NCBI RefSeq assembly: GCF_018977255.1
Contig: NW_024704743.1
Location: 39,248,001-39,312,000 of the forward strand
Direction: 5' to 3'
DNA: 64,000 bases
Source: Callorhinchus milii
Taxonomy: Eukaryota
In this document: piece after piece, positions 13,620-24,974 of the stretch
Position numbering within the stretch: the stretch's first letter is position 1
Layout of the letters: each line of letters starts with the position of its first letter
Made by a program: the position numbers and the translations under genes
The notes under the pieces: model-generated
Seen by the model: only the letters and a program-made list of their open reading frames with translations
Databases searched by the model: none
Told to the model about the DNA's origin: nothing

Positions 13620-13840
13620 GGAATACAATACACTGTACATTTATATAGCTCCTTTCAGCTGAGGAGGACATCCCAAAGTGCTTAGTAGTATCGGTTGGGT
13701 ACCTGAACTGGAAGTGGGAGTCCAATGGGTGGGAAGGGAAAAGATGACCAAAAGCGCAGTCAAAGACGTACGTCTTGAGGCAGACTTTGAACAAGGTAAG
13801 GGTGGGAGTAAGTCGAAGAGACTCCTGAATCTAGTTCTAG
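13620..13840 (-). mobile_element. Older L2 3' end
   Basis: Decayed tail CATTTATATAGCTCCTTTCA…GGACATCCCAAAGTGC and an FKVCLKTYVFDCAF-like frame. Confidence 0.7.
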
Positions 13841-14152
13841 AGAATGAGGGCAGACTGTGTTTTTAAACTCAGAAGCATTGGAGAAACCTTTATGATTAAT
13901 ACGTCAGTGAGTGGGTTGGAAGAGTCCATTTGTACTTTAATATAACCAGTATGCAACTAATTGCTGGAGTATGCATTCTTCAATTTAAGGTTTCACTTTT
14001 CAAAATGCTCCACTGTTGACGTTGTTTTATAAATGACATTTCTCATGCCATTTGAAATAAAAGAGGATTTCAGAAAAGAGGAATGTTTTCCTTCTGAGTA
14101 GTGTAGAGGTGCAAGAGATTCCTGGCAAAAACATTTGATGCTGTGAACCTCC

Positions 14153-15030
14153 CTAGAAAAATGAACAAATAACAACAACAAAATTATATTTATAGACCGC
14201 CTTTCACGTTGGGAGGACGTCCCAAGGTGTTGGACAATCAGGGGTCAGGACCCGAGCATGGGGGAAGGGTGGGTTAGGGGTGAGGGAAGGCAGAGAGGTG
14301 GGAGGGTGACTGAAAGCACGATCGAAAAGGAGGGTCTTGAGACAGGCCTTGAAGGAGGCAAGGGAGGAAGCGAGGCAAAGGAACTGTGGGATGGAGTTCC
14401 AGAGTGTGGGGGCGTAGAGGCTGAAAGCCCGGCCACCGATAGTAGGGCAGGTCGGGCAGGAGACATGGAGCAAGCCGGAGCCCGCTGAATGGAGCGAGTG
14501 GGCAGGTTGGTTGGGAGTCAGCAGGTTAGAGAGGTAGGAGGGGGCAAAGCCATGGATGGCCTTGAAAGTGAGGATGAGGATCTTGAATTCGATCCTCTGG
14601 GGGATGGGGAGCCAGTCGAGTCGGGCGAGAGTAGGAGTGATGGGATGACAGAGTCTGAGTACACGAGCTGCAGAGTTTTGGATGATCTGCAGATTGTGAA
14701 GGGAAGAGTTGGGAAGGCCGATGAGGAGGGAGTTCCTGTAATCGAGCCTTGATGTGGTGAATGCATGGGTGAGGGTTTCGGCAGCTTGAAGAGTGAGGCA
14801 GTGTCGGAGTCTGGCAATGTTGCGGAGGTGGTGGTAGGCAGTGCCGGTGATGGCGCAGATGTGGGGGAGAAAGGACAGTTCAAGCTCAAACAAGACACCC
14901 AGGTTCCTGACTGGCTTAGTGAGGTTGAGTGTGCAGCCGTGGAGGCTAATGCTGCCAGCGTCCGAGGTGCGGAGGCGCTGGCGCGAATAAATCAGCAGGG
15001 CCTCAGTCTTGCTGATGTTCAGTTGGAGAA
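14153..15030 (-). mobile_element. L2 3' ~0.9 kb (inverted twin of 24017-24963)
   Basis: Open ORF2 C-terminal frame LQLNISKTEALL…SRLDY…IQNSAARVL…WLPIPQRIEFK, with a (GTT)n tail plus 3' flank. Confidence 0.92.
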
Positions 15031-15044
15031 ACACAGAGGTGGAA

Positions 15045-15270
15045 ACACACCTCTGTTTCCTAGCAGTAAGCAGGAATCCAGTTGGTATTTGATTGATGGA
15101 TCGCTGTTCCTGGGGTGATAATCCCTTTTTAAAAAAAATGTAGTTACACAATCCACGACTGAGACACTGCTGTGCACAATTGGCTGCCACGTTTCGCTCA
15201 GAAAATATATAGTCACTTCACTTTGCAGTCTATCCTGTGAAGCGCTTTGAGACTCTCGAAGATATTATTA
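15045..15270 (+). mobile_element. Headless tRNA-Ala-family SINE, long subfamily
   Basis: CTCTGTTTCCTAGCAGTAAG…CAATTGGCTGCC…TGTGAAGCGCTTTGAGAC. Confidence 0.8.
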
Positions 15271-15367
15271 TCCTCGCTCTCTCTTGGCAGCCCCCTTAAG
15301 TTGCAGTGATCAAAACTGTTTGCAGTACTCCAGGGACAGCTTGAGAATAGCAGTATACAGATTGACA

Positions 15368-15670
15368 AGATGAGACGTTAAATATTAAATAATAATAATC
15401 CTCGCATTCTCGTAACACCGTTTCAGGTGGACTGTAAAGATCCCTTGGCAGTGTTAGAAAAGAGAAGGGAGTTTCTTACAATGTTCTGGCCAACAATCCT
15501 GCAGATAAAACTGATCATATCATCCACTTAATGGCTTTTTGTGGCCATTGTTATGCTCTAATTAGTGCTGTGTTTACCTTCCAAATACATGGTCATTGGA
15601 CTTTGCAATCAATCCTGTGAAGTACTTTGAGATGTTTCAATAATGTGATCAGGAGCCATGTCAATTGCAC
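15368..15670 (+). mobile_element. Deu-type SINE body and tail
   Basis: GATGAGACGTTAAA…TTCAGGTGGAC…AAAGATCCC…GGGAGTTTCT central block plus tail. Confidence 0.7.
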
Positions 15671-17924
15671 AGTATGAAAGACACTGCTGAGATCGTACAT
15701 GTGCTGGGTTGGTGAACCCAATTAAACTGCATACTGAGGAGCAGTAGATAAAATTCTATTCACATGTAGTAGTTTAACTACTATTCTTCCTTTGGAAAGT
15801 TTGGTGACCAATTAAACGTTAATCTCACCTTCTGCGTTGTGGGCGGTCCACGTGTCAGCAGAGTGATGAGTGATTGGCTGCTGATTTCTGCTGGGATTCT
15901 GTATATATCTGTGGCAGGATGTGGGTGCCAATATTGTTCCTTTTAACAGTCTATCACATGATCAAAGGCAGTTCTGCAGTCAGCTTCGAATGTGCTTGAA
16001 TTTGATTCTGGTTCAGGCGCAACATTCTTATGGCGTCAGTGGAGTCCTGAGAGCAGAAACGCAACAAAACGAGTGATTCCCTCTCAGTGAGTGTGACAAC
16101 TTTATCCACTTCCCCATCTTGCAGTGTGGTGCCTGACCAAACCCGACTGAGTAACGGCTTAAGGTACTGACTTACTTCCTTGTTTTGACTTTTGATCGTT
16201 GGGAGTGACTTTTGATCATTGAGAGTCACTGTTTCTATCTTGTGGCTCCTTTGCTTCACAGACGACATTTTATGGGAAAAATGCACCAGCCAATTGCGTT
16301 CAGCAGTCGTTGTTTGAGTGACCACATTTCTTTTCTAGCAACCACTTTAAAACAAAGATGAAAGTTGAGATGTGTTTATCCTTTACTTGTATAGGACTCA
16401 CTAGTTTATGTTAGGTCACATATTGTCATGGCACAATATGATGCTCTAGTCTGCTCAACTGCACTGTTTGAAACAGATTATTACTGCATGATTTACCATA
16501 TAGAGGTCCTGATCCATTGAGAGCTCTATGAAAACTGCTTTCTCAGCAAGGTTGGCAAATGGTAATAGACAGATGGGAATCCTTCGTAGATGTTATTTCC
16601 ATGTTTTAGTCTACTTCAAGCAAGGTACCCATAAATGTTTCACATATAAAGATCTTCCTTTCAACACACCAAACCCAGCTTTACTGCGCATTACAGGAGT
16701 CCATTTTTGATCTTGAGAAATGTCACACAACTGTTTTGTGTCGTTATTTTGGTTCGAAACCCAGAACATCCGGCCAGTCCAAATCTTTCAAACAGGGTGT
16801 TAAAAGAAATGACTCACACTCAGTTATTGATCTGAGTAGACATAAAATCTTCGGCTAGCTGCCTGCCTAATTGAAATAAATTCATATTCAAATAAAATCC
16901 TGGGTGAGCATTTTGTCTTGCCATTAAGCTCTGTATTTGAAGATGTGCACTTCTCACAGGAAAGTCCCACTCTAAGCCACTACACTTAGCGGAAATAGGT
17001 ATGTTATTTGGGCAACACAAAATAAGGAATAAATAGATCTGTCTTTTAGACGATCTGTCTAAGAGACGAAGGTCAGACTGTATACAATATAAGCTCAATG
17101 CCTGCTTCAATCTATCTAACACTGAATTATAGGTGATTGCTGATAGAGAAATCTTTTAAATTAAAAAAAGCTTTTCTTTAGATTTACAGACCACATGCAT
17201 TTGGTAACGTCTGACATGGAAGTGCTTCCAATAAAGTGGAAGATTTTAAATATTCAAAACTAATTTAGGTAATGTTCTCTGGTATGAATAGGCTGAAAAC
17301 TAACTTTCTTCCTGTACGTTTTTTAAGTGTAAAGGGTTGTCACTTTTATAAGTGAGATTTAATTCTATTTGTGGGAACTATATGGTGAATGCCCTAAAGA
17401 ATAACTGTTTTGCTTTGGCTCTCTTTGTTGCTGAATAACTTAGAGAAATTTGTAGCCTGTATTTCATCTCACTTTATCTCACGTCTCACCAGTCATCCCA
17501 GAGAAAAATATGGCTTCATGTAAGCTTTTTCACATTAGTCTAACTGCTAGGTTATCTCTACTTTCACAGATAACAGTATAGAATAATTGAGTAAGCAAAC
17601 TAAACCATAATTCAGTAAGCAGCTATCTGAGTGTCTTATCTGGATACAGAGGAACCACTAAGCAGTCATTAATTGGGACATTAGGCAATAGCTGCAGATT
17701 GGCAGTTTGTCAAATCTTGTTTATCACAAAATAAGATTTTTAAAAGAAACCATTATTTGAAATTGAGTATGTACAATCAAATGTGTACATATGTATAGAT
17801 GTGTATAGATGTAATATGATCAGTATTTTAGGATTAGAGGTTTCAAGCTAGAGGATTTTTTTTATCCCAATGATATTTTTTGACACTTAATACAACACCT
17901 ATGTTGGTTTTCAGAAGGTGTTTT

Positions 17925-18125
17925 CGGTCTCCTACCCTACTTCTCTGCTCAGCTAACTCAGGCTTGTGGCGTATCTCCCACTTCCTTATGTGCCACCATC
18001 AGTGGCCAAACATTCAATTCCTCTGGAATTCCTTTCTTATACCACTTAGTCTTGCCACCTCTCTTTTTGACTTTAAGTCCTGCCTCAAATCCTACCTCTT
18101 TAAATATGCCTTTGGTTTTTCCTTG
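17925..18125 (+). mobile_element. Old L2 3' fragment
   Basis: Encodes LWNS…FKSCLKSYLFKYAF. Confidence 0.7.
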
Positions 18126-18299
18126 CTATGAGAAAGTTCTGGTAATGAGTCGGCTGAAAATTATTTCTCATCCTACATGTTTTTTCTCTTTCTGTCTCTT
18201 CCCTTTTCCTTCTCAACCCCATCCTTGTAAAGAACTCCCAAGATGTTACCCTTACCCTACAAGAAAAGCATTTATACCCTATAAATGATAATGGCACTT

Positions 18300-18328
18300 G
18301 GTTTATTCTCCTTATTTTTTAATTTCAG
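18300..18328 (+). promoter_or_regulatory. Splice acceptor of the BASP1 coding exon
   Basis: Pyrimidine-rich tract TTTATTCTCCTTATTTTTTAATTTCAG ending 10 nt before the ATG. Mammalian BASP1 likewise has its whole CDS in the last exon after a long intron. Confidence 0.8.
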
Positions 18329-18338
18329 AGCATAGAAA

Positions 18339-19046
18339 ATGGGAAGCAAACTAACCAAGAGCAAGAAGTGTAATGTGACCAACGAAAACACTAAGGATAA
18401 GGAAAAATTGGCTGAAGGAACTGCAGCAGAGGATGGAGAAGCACAAAAAGAAAATCAAGATGCGGCCAAGGCTTCAGAAGGGGATTCAGAGGAAAATGCC
18501 TCCAAGGACAAGGCTGACAAAGAGCCCCAGGCTGCCAACAACATAACAGAGGCTAAAGCAGGAGATACAGATCCAGCGAGCAAGGAGGAGACTCCAAAGC
18601 CTGAAGGTGCGTCCACTGAAGCAAAGGCAGAGCCCAAGGCTGCAGAGGCTGCTGCAGAAAAGGCCCCCGAGGCAGCTCAGGCTGCCCCTACTGCTGAAGC
18701 CTCAGCAGCGGCCGAAACCAAAGCTGAAGTGAAACCTGCTGAAGCTCCAGCGCCTGCCCAAGAAAGCAAAACGGAAGAAAATGTCTCCAGCAAGGTTGAC
18801 GTGGAGGCCAAACAGACTGATGTCTCAGCCGCTGCTGCGTCCCAAGAGGAAAGTAAAAAAGCTGAGACTCAGGCTTCGGACTCTGCCACAAGCGCCGCTG
18901 ATTCTGCTCCTTCCAAGGAGGCACCGACAGCAGAAGCACCGAGCTCCACCACCACTGTCCCCATAGCATCTGCCGCAGCAGAAGAAGTTACAGCTTCGGA
19001 GGTTCCCGAAGCCATTCCTGATCAAACCGTAGCAGTGCAAGAGTAA
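18339..19046 (+). CDS. BASP1: Brain acid soluble protein 1 (NAP-22/CAP-23) orthologue, 235 aa
   Basis: N-terminus MGSKLTKSKK resembles human MGGKLSKKKK (Gly2 myristoylation plus basic patch). The body is Ala/Glu/Lys/Pro-rich and disordered, with blocks SKEETPKPE, EAKAEP and PSKEAPTAEAPSST. The C-terminus DQTVAVQE resembles DQTVTVKE. Good Kozak context (AAAATGG). Confidence 0.95.
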   Translation: MGSKLTKSKKCNVTNENTKDKEKLAEGTAAEDGEAQKENQDAAKASEGDSEENASKDKADKEPQAANNITEAKAGDTDPASKEETPKPEGASTEAKAEPKAAEAAAEKAPEAAQAAPTAEASAAAETKAEVKPAEAPAPAQESKTEENVSSKVDVEAKQTDVSAAAASQEESKKAETQASDSATSAADSAPSKEAPTAEAPSSTTTVPIASAAAEEVTASEVPEAIPDQTVAVQE

Positions 19047-19815
19047 TGGACAGCCTCATACAATAACCTCTCACAACCTGCATTAATTTCAACCGTACTA
19101 ACAAAACTTGATCCAACTCTCTTTAACCAGAAAATTCATAAAAGGGTATATATATATATATATATATACCATGCTTTGAAAAAAAATTCCATCAGGAAAT
19201 TTCAAACCACACTCCGAAATCCAAAAAATCCTGGACTTTTAATTCAGATGGCTGAAAGATAAGTTGGTGGAGGGGAGAAAAAAAAATCTGCTGAACAGCT
19301 AGCTGTAAATGTTGCAAGTATGCTAAAACAAAACCAACATAAGGAAAAAAGGTTGTGACTCTGCCCAGTGACACTTAGCAGGGCTGTGCCAAAGCAATCA
19401 GATATTAAGATGGTGTCTTAAGTTTGTTTGTTTACCAGCCTGATTTTACACAGTAGGATAGCTGCCAGCTTTCAGACCGAAGCCACAGTAGTCACTCGCT
19501 CATTACAGACCAGATCCAATAGATTTATCTCAAAACGTATTTCAGACTAACATACCCATGTACGTAGCCTACCTAGATTTCTCTTGATCAGTTAATGCAT
19601 GTCCGTTGTTGGGTGCACCTGTAGTTCTGTTTAACAGTAAGTGGAAACAAGTCTGCGTTCATTGCAATTCTAGCTTCTCTTCCATTCAGTGTCACTAATG
19701 CCTCCACCACCACAACACATATTGATAACGATGAGAATTGTGAAATGGATGCATTGAAATTATACGTGATTGTATAAATGGTGCAACGGTAATAAAAAAA
19801 CCATGAAAAAATAAT
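19047..19815 (+). other. BASP1: BASP1 3' UTR
   Basis: TE-free sequence from the stop codon to AATAAA, containing (TA)n at about 19147-19168. The distal part resembles my recollection of the mammalian BASP1 3' UTR; this needs an alignment. Confidence 0.75.
19791..19796 (+). terminator. Polyadenylation signal AATAAA
   Basis: First canonical AATAAA after the stop codon, preceded by TGTA motifs and followed by T-rich sequence. Confidence 0.7.
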
Positions 19816-21707
19816 TAAGACTGCACACTTCTTTTAAATTTTAAGCTGCATACTTCTATTCCTAAACACAACCGGGTTTTTAATTTTTATTTTCGCAGGA
19901 ATCTCATAACTCCTGTTGCAATGAAACATTTGTTCTTGTTTGGAGGAACAGTATTCAGCAGCCCAGAGACTCAATATTGGTCCCTGTGCATGTCCAAATG
20001 CATATTTAAATGGCAAATTTTACAAAGGAATTTATCCATTGGTTAACCTGATGAGATCTGTGGCAGCAGTTTATACACAATATATTAAACACAAAGGCTT
20101 GTGTGGATTTTGACTGCGACTCTCTACATTCTGGCAATGTCATTGCAATGTACTTTGCATGTTATTTCCCTTTTTGGCTTCCTCCCCCAAAGCTCCACAT
20201 TTGTTTAATAGGATGTGGACGTGGTTGGGGAACCAGAGATAAAATGCCCTAAGCTCCATCTTGTAATGCCATCATGTAAAACTGAATTGAGTTCTCAGGA
20301 AACATTATTAATTCTACAGTTCAAGAATAAACCAAGGTCCCATTTGGTAGGATAGAGTTAAATAGCTTTTAGCAGTATTATTTACCATCATCCATTCTGA
20401 ACCCCTTTTGGGAAAATTCAAGAATCTTCTGTTCCTAGAATCAATAAAAGAGAATTTTCTGGTCTAAATGGGAGGTTCAGTGTCCGCACATGAACAGAAA
20501 CACATTAACCTTTTGCTTTGGGAGTTGCCAAGGACATTCAATTCTCAGACATCTGCATAACATATGAAATCCACAAAATGGTCTTCTGGCTATTTTATGT
20601 ATTTCAGCAATAGGATTTTTTGACATTTTGATATATTCTAATCTCTACAAATGTAAGCAATGATGTGTAGAGAAGCTATTGCAGCCCTCGCACAGTTAAA
20701 CTGACAGTATTTTAAGCCAATTGGACACAATTCCTGAATGCTTCAAACAAACCTCACTTATGGAAAGGCATTTCATGCTTTTCATATTCATATATTGGAT
20801 TGTTTTTTCCCATCATCCAATTATTGATCATTTACTATACAACTAATAGCACTTGCTGTTTCTGGAAGTTGCAAGCCAAGTTACTTCTCCATTTGGCTTC
20901 ACCATAGTCATTAACCCGTAACCTCCATGACTGCTCGAATCCACCTCCAGTTCCTTGGGATGGTGAGTACTGTCGCCTTTTATAAACGATAATACACAAA
21001 TCCATCCACTAACAGGGCTGAGCCTGGGAAATTCTAACAGGCAAGCAGCTGAGCAGTAAATGGCTAAGTGCAACAGAGTACATATAAGGGATATTTGCTT
21101 CACAGTACATTTGAAAGGTAATCGTTAGACACCTGATAAGCTCTTTTTATTGGCTTGTTATACCCCAATTTAAGATGCTCTCTTTATAATTTCCTTGCTT
21201 AGAGTGGGCAAATTACCTTGATACCAGACCTCTGTCAGTGCTGCTTTCAAGCTTCCTGCAGTGGGGTGAATGGGATAGACAAAGTGAATCCAGAATAATA
21301 ATTTCAGACAAGCCAAGGCAGCAAGACAAGAGGGCACAACCTCATGGTTGTGAAGGACAAGATTTGGACAGAGACCACAAGGTGTTTCTTTACAAAGAAA
21401 GGAATCAACAGCTGAAACAGACTACCAAGAAAGACGGTTGATGCCAGGACGTGAGAATCATTCAAGATACTGCTTGAAGTTGCAATGGAAAGATGGTAGG
21501 TTAATATTCAGGTAAGGTGAGGTCAAATGGGTATTTTTCATCTGAACCTACTCTCTGGAAATTGAAAGTGACATCAGTGATTATATTTTCACTCCCTATG
21601 TCATATGGTGGGTCTCCTTTTAGTGACTCCTTTTGATTATACAGTTAAGATAAAGCAAAACACAATTGGAATCCAAAGAGCAAACCTGCCTCCTACCCCT
21701 TTTTTTC

Positions 21708-22460
21708 GGCCAGCTGAGTGTCTTGACTCATGTGCAAATCCATCGCTATATTTAAGTGTATAAAACCTGAAAAATTCCATGCACATACACATGGAAACAT
21801 GGTACTGGAACGAAATGCGCACTCTCTCCCTGGAGGGATGCATCCTGCTTATCTAATTCTGGATAGTATTAGGGGTAGGATGGCAAGAGCTAAGCTTGGG
21901 GACCCCAGAGTATGCTGGAGTTTAGTAACAACAACTTAAATTTATATAGTGCCCTTCACGTGGGGTAGTGTCCCAGAGTGCTTTACAGTGGCAGAGTCTG
22001 ATGATGAGCTAGGGGCAGAGGGAATGGGGAGGTGACCATAAGCACGATCAAAAATGAAGGTCTTTAGGCAGGCTTTGAAGGTGGGGAAGGAAGGGACAAG
22101 GTGGAGGAATTAAGGGAGAGAGTTCCAGAATTTCCACTCTCTGGCAAGCCTTCCCACTGCTTGTCCAGCTGGGACACCCTACAAGTTAGGGTTTTGATTT
22201 GCAGGATTAACAGGAGTTGGGTGGGAAGAATCCCTGTCCCATTGATTGATTGATTGGTTGATGAGCCAGGCTGGGTGGTACTGTCATCAAGAGTACCTCA
22301 GAATACTGCAGACCCGCCTGGCTCAGCAGCTGAAATACCGATACCGCCACAGAGGATTGACTCGATTCTGACATTGTGATGGACATGTTGCCTTGGAACC
22401 AGTTCACCTCCAAGGAGAAGCCACTTTCCTCCCCCTCCCCCACTCCCCCAAGGAGGATAG
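21708..22460. repeat. Unclassified dispersed repeat, copy 2 (split by an L2)
   Basis: GGATGCATCCTGCTTATCTAATTC is shared exactly with the 56446 copy; homology resumes after the L2 insert at about 22135. Confidence 0.8.
21925..22130 (-). mobile_element. L2 3' end nested in the unclassified repeat
   Basis: AACAACAAC…TTTATATAGTGCCCTTCACGT tail and an FKACLKTF-like frame on the minus strand. Confidence 0.75.
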
Positions 22461-23214
22461 CCATTCTATAGCACTGCAAATTGAAGCAGCAGTTAGTTAT
22501 TACCATAATAAATTACATTTACTTAAAAGTTTTCACTTTGAAGCCGCCAAATAGTTGAAAGAAATGCAAACCATAGTCTTTTAAGTAAGAACAGGACTGT
22601 ACCTTTCAGCAGTCTAGATCATAATCTAAACTCTATGGGGATGGTGATGAATGGCTTCTGCTCTTGTTCTAAGAATGATTGACTTTTAATAAAAATAAGT
22701 TCGCAATGTTATTTTCCACTGTGGATTTGGGTCAATCAAATGACACAAGCCTTCAAAGACTTGTGACTGAAAGGTATGATATTCAAACGCTCAAGTGGTA
22801 CAGCGCAATGCAAATAAGGTGGATTGCAAGAGCACAAGTCTGCTTATAATGCCAATCTTCTGTAGACACACGATTATTACAAATGTGGTACACTTCCGGC
22901 TTCTGGGATGGACAGGCTTGATTCCTGTGCATGCTTGCAGTGCATCGGAAGCTGGCTGATCAGCCATGACTATTTTTCTGTGCTCTCTATCACTTGAAAC
23001 ACTTATTACGTGGTTGTGGCTTCCTGCATGTTGAATACTCTGTGCAGGAAGCTGGCCACTCCGCCCGGGAATCCAAAAGTGATGTCAGCCATCTGCCACT
23101 GGAGCTCACGACTCTAATTCCAATTTCATGATCTTCTCTCCTTTTATGTTACTTCCCCTTTAAATGTTTATCAAATTCCCTTTTAAATGTTAACTTGTGG
23201 CAAAGTGTTCCATA

Positions 23215-23938
23215 TTAAACCCGTACGCAACCTGGACATCAGGTTCGACCCCCAATTATCTTCCTCCCCCACATCCGGTCCCTCACCAGCACCGCTTTCT
23301 TCCACCTCCGACGCATCACCTGTCTCCACCAATAGCTCACTCCAAAAGCCGCTGAAACCCTGGTCCATGCCTTTTTTGTCACCTCTCGGCTGGACTATTC
23401 AAATGCCCTCCTCGCCGGCCTCCCCTCCACTACCATCCATAAAATCCAGGTCATACAAAACTCTGCCGCCCACATTCTTACCCGCACCAAACTCCACTCC
23501 CTGATTACCCCAGTCCTTGCCAGACTGCAATGGCTGTCTATCCCACAGAGGATCGACATCAAGATCCTCACCCATGTCTTCAAATCCCTCCATTCCTCTG
23601 CAACCCCCTACTTCTCTGACCTCTCTCCTCACAACTTTGCTCATTCCCTTCGTTCCACCGGGTCTGGCCTCCTCCTTGTCCCCCGAATCCTCCGCTCGAC
23701 CCTTGGTGGCTGTGCCTTCAGACACCATGCCTCGAGACTCTGGAACTCCCTTCCTCACTCCCTTCGCCTCTCCCCCTCTCTTCCTATTTTCAGGTCTCGA
23801 CTGAAGACGTTTCTTTTCAACCGCGCCTTTGGTCACCTTCCTCCCTCTCCCCCTGGCTTGGCCCCGGGATCCGTTACTGTGAAGCGCTCTGAGACACCAT
23901 CCGGCGTGGAGGGCGCTATATAAATCCAAGTTGTTGTT
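23215..23938 (+). mobile_element. L2 3' fragment, distinct subfamily
   Basis: Encodes SRLDYSNALLAGLP…IQNSAAHIL…LQWLSIPQRIDIK; tail GGGCGCTATATAAATCCAAG(TTG)n. Confidence 0.9.
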
Positions 23939-24016
23939 ATACTCTGAAAACCCTCAGCATGGAAAAGTTTCTTCTAATCTCTCCCTCCCCCAATTATCGG
24001 TTCCAGTGCCAATTTT

Positions 24017-24963
24017 GAGCTAATGCCCCTCCAACTGAACGTGAGCAAGACTGAGGCCCTGCTGATTGGCTCGTGCCAGCGTCTCCGCACTTCAGGCTAT
24101 TGAACCTCCGCACACTCAACCTCACTAAGCCAGTCAGGAACCTGGGTGTCTTGTTTGATCCTGAACTATTCTTTCTCCCCCACATCCGCGCCATGGTATT
24201 GCCTACCACCATCTCCGCAACATTGCCAGACTCCGCCACTGCCTCACCCCTCAGGCTATCGAAACCCTCACCCACGCATTCGTCACATCAAGGTTCGATT
24301 ATGGAAATTCCCTCCTCATCGGCCTTTCCAACTCTTCCTTTCACAAGCTGCAGATCATCTAAAACTCTGCAGCTCGTGTACTCTCACGCACCAGGCTCCA
24401 TGACCCCATCATTCCCACCCTCGGCCGACTCGACTGGCTCCCCATCCCTCAGAGGATCGAATTCAAGATCTTCGTCCTCACTTTCAAGGCCATCCATGGC
24501 CTTGCCCCCTCCTACCTCTCTGACCTGCTGACTCCCTACCAACCTGCCCGCTCCTTCCATTCAGTGGGTTCTGGCCTGCTCCATGTCTCCCGCCCTAACA
24601 TCGGTGGCCGGGCTTTCAGCCTCTCTGCCCCCACACTCTGGAACTCCATCTCACAGTTCCTTCGCCTCACTTCCTCAGCGCCTTGGGATGTCCTCCTGAC
24701 GTGAAAGGCGCTTTATAAATAGAATCTTGTTGTTGTTGTTGTTGTTGTTCCTCCCTTGCCTCCTTCAAGGCCGGTCTCAAGACCCTCCTCTTCAATCGTG
24801 CCTTCAGTCACCCTCCCACCTCTCTGCCTTTCCTCACCCCTAACCCACCCTTCCCCCATGCTCAGGTCCTGACCCCTGATTGTCCAACACCTTGGGACGT
24901 CCTCCCAACATGAAAGGCGGTCTATAAATATAATTTTGTTGTTGTTGTTTGTTCATTTTTCTA
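24017..24963 (+). mobile_element. L2 3' ~0.9 kb with a nested 71-bp L2 tail
   Basis: ORF2 C-terminal remnants; matches the reverse complement of 14153-15030; nested insert at 24677-24747. Confidence 0.92.
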
Positions 24964-24974
24964 GCAGTGTAATC

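Noticed and set aside
14204..15190. 328-aa ORF, the longest in the window
   Set aside because: It is a chimera of antisense SINE sequence and the L2 ORF2 C-terminus, lacking the RT core; not a host gene.
18455..19040. Antisense and alternative-frame ORFs overlapping BASP1
   Set aside because: These are expected by-products of the GC-richer, low-complexity Ala/Glu codons.
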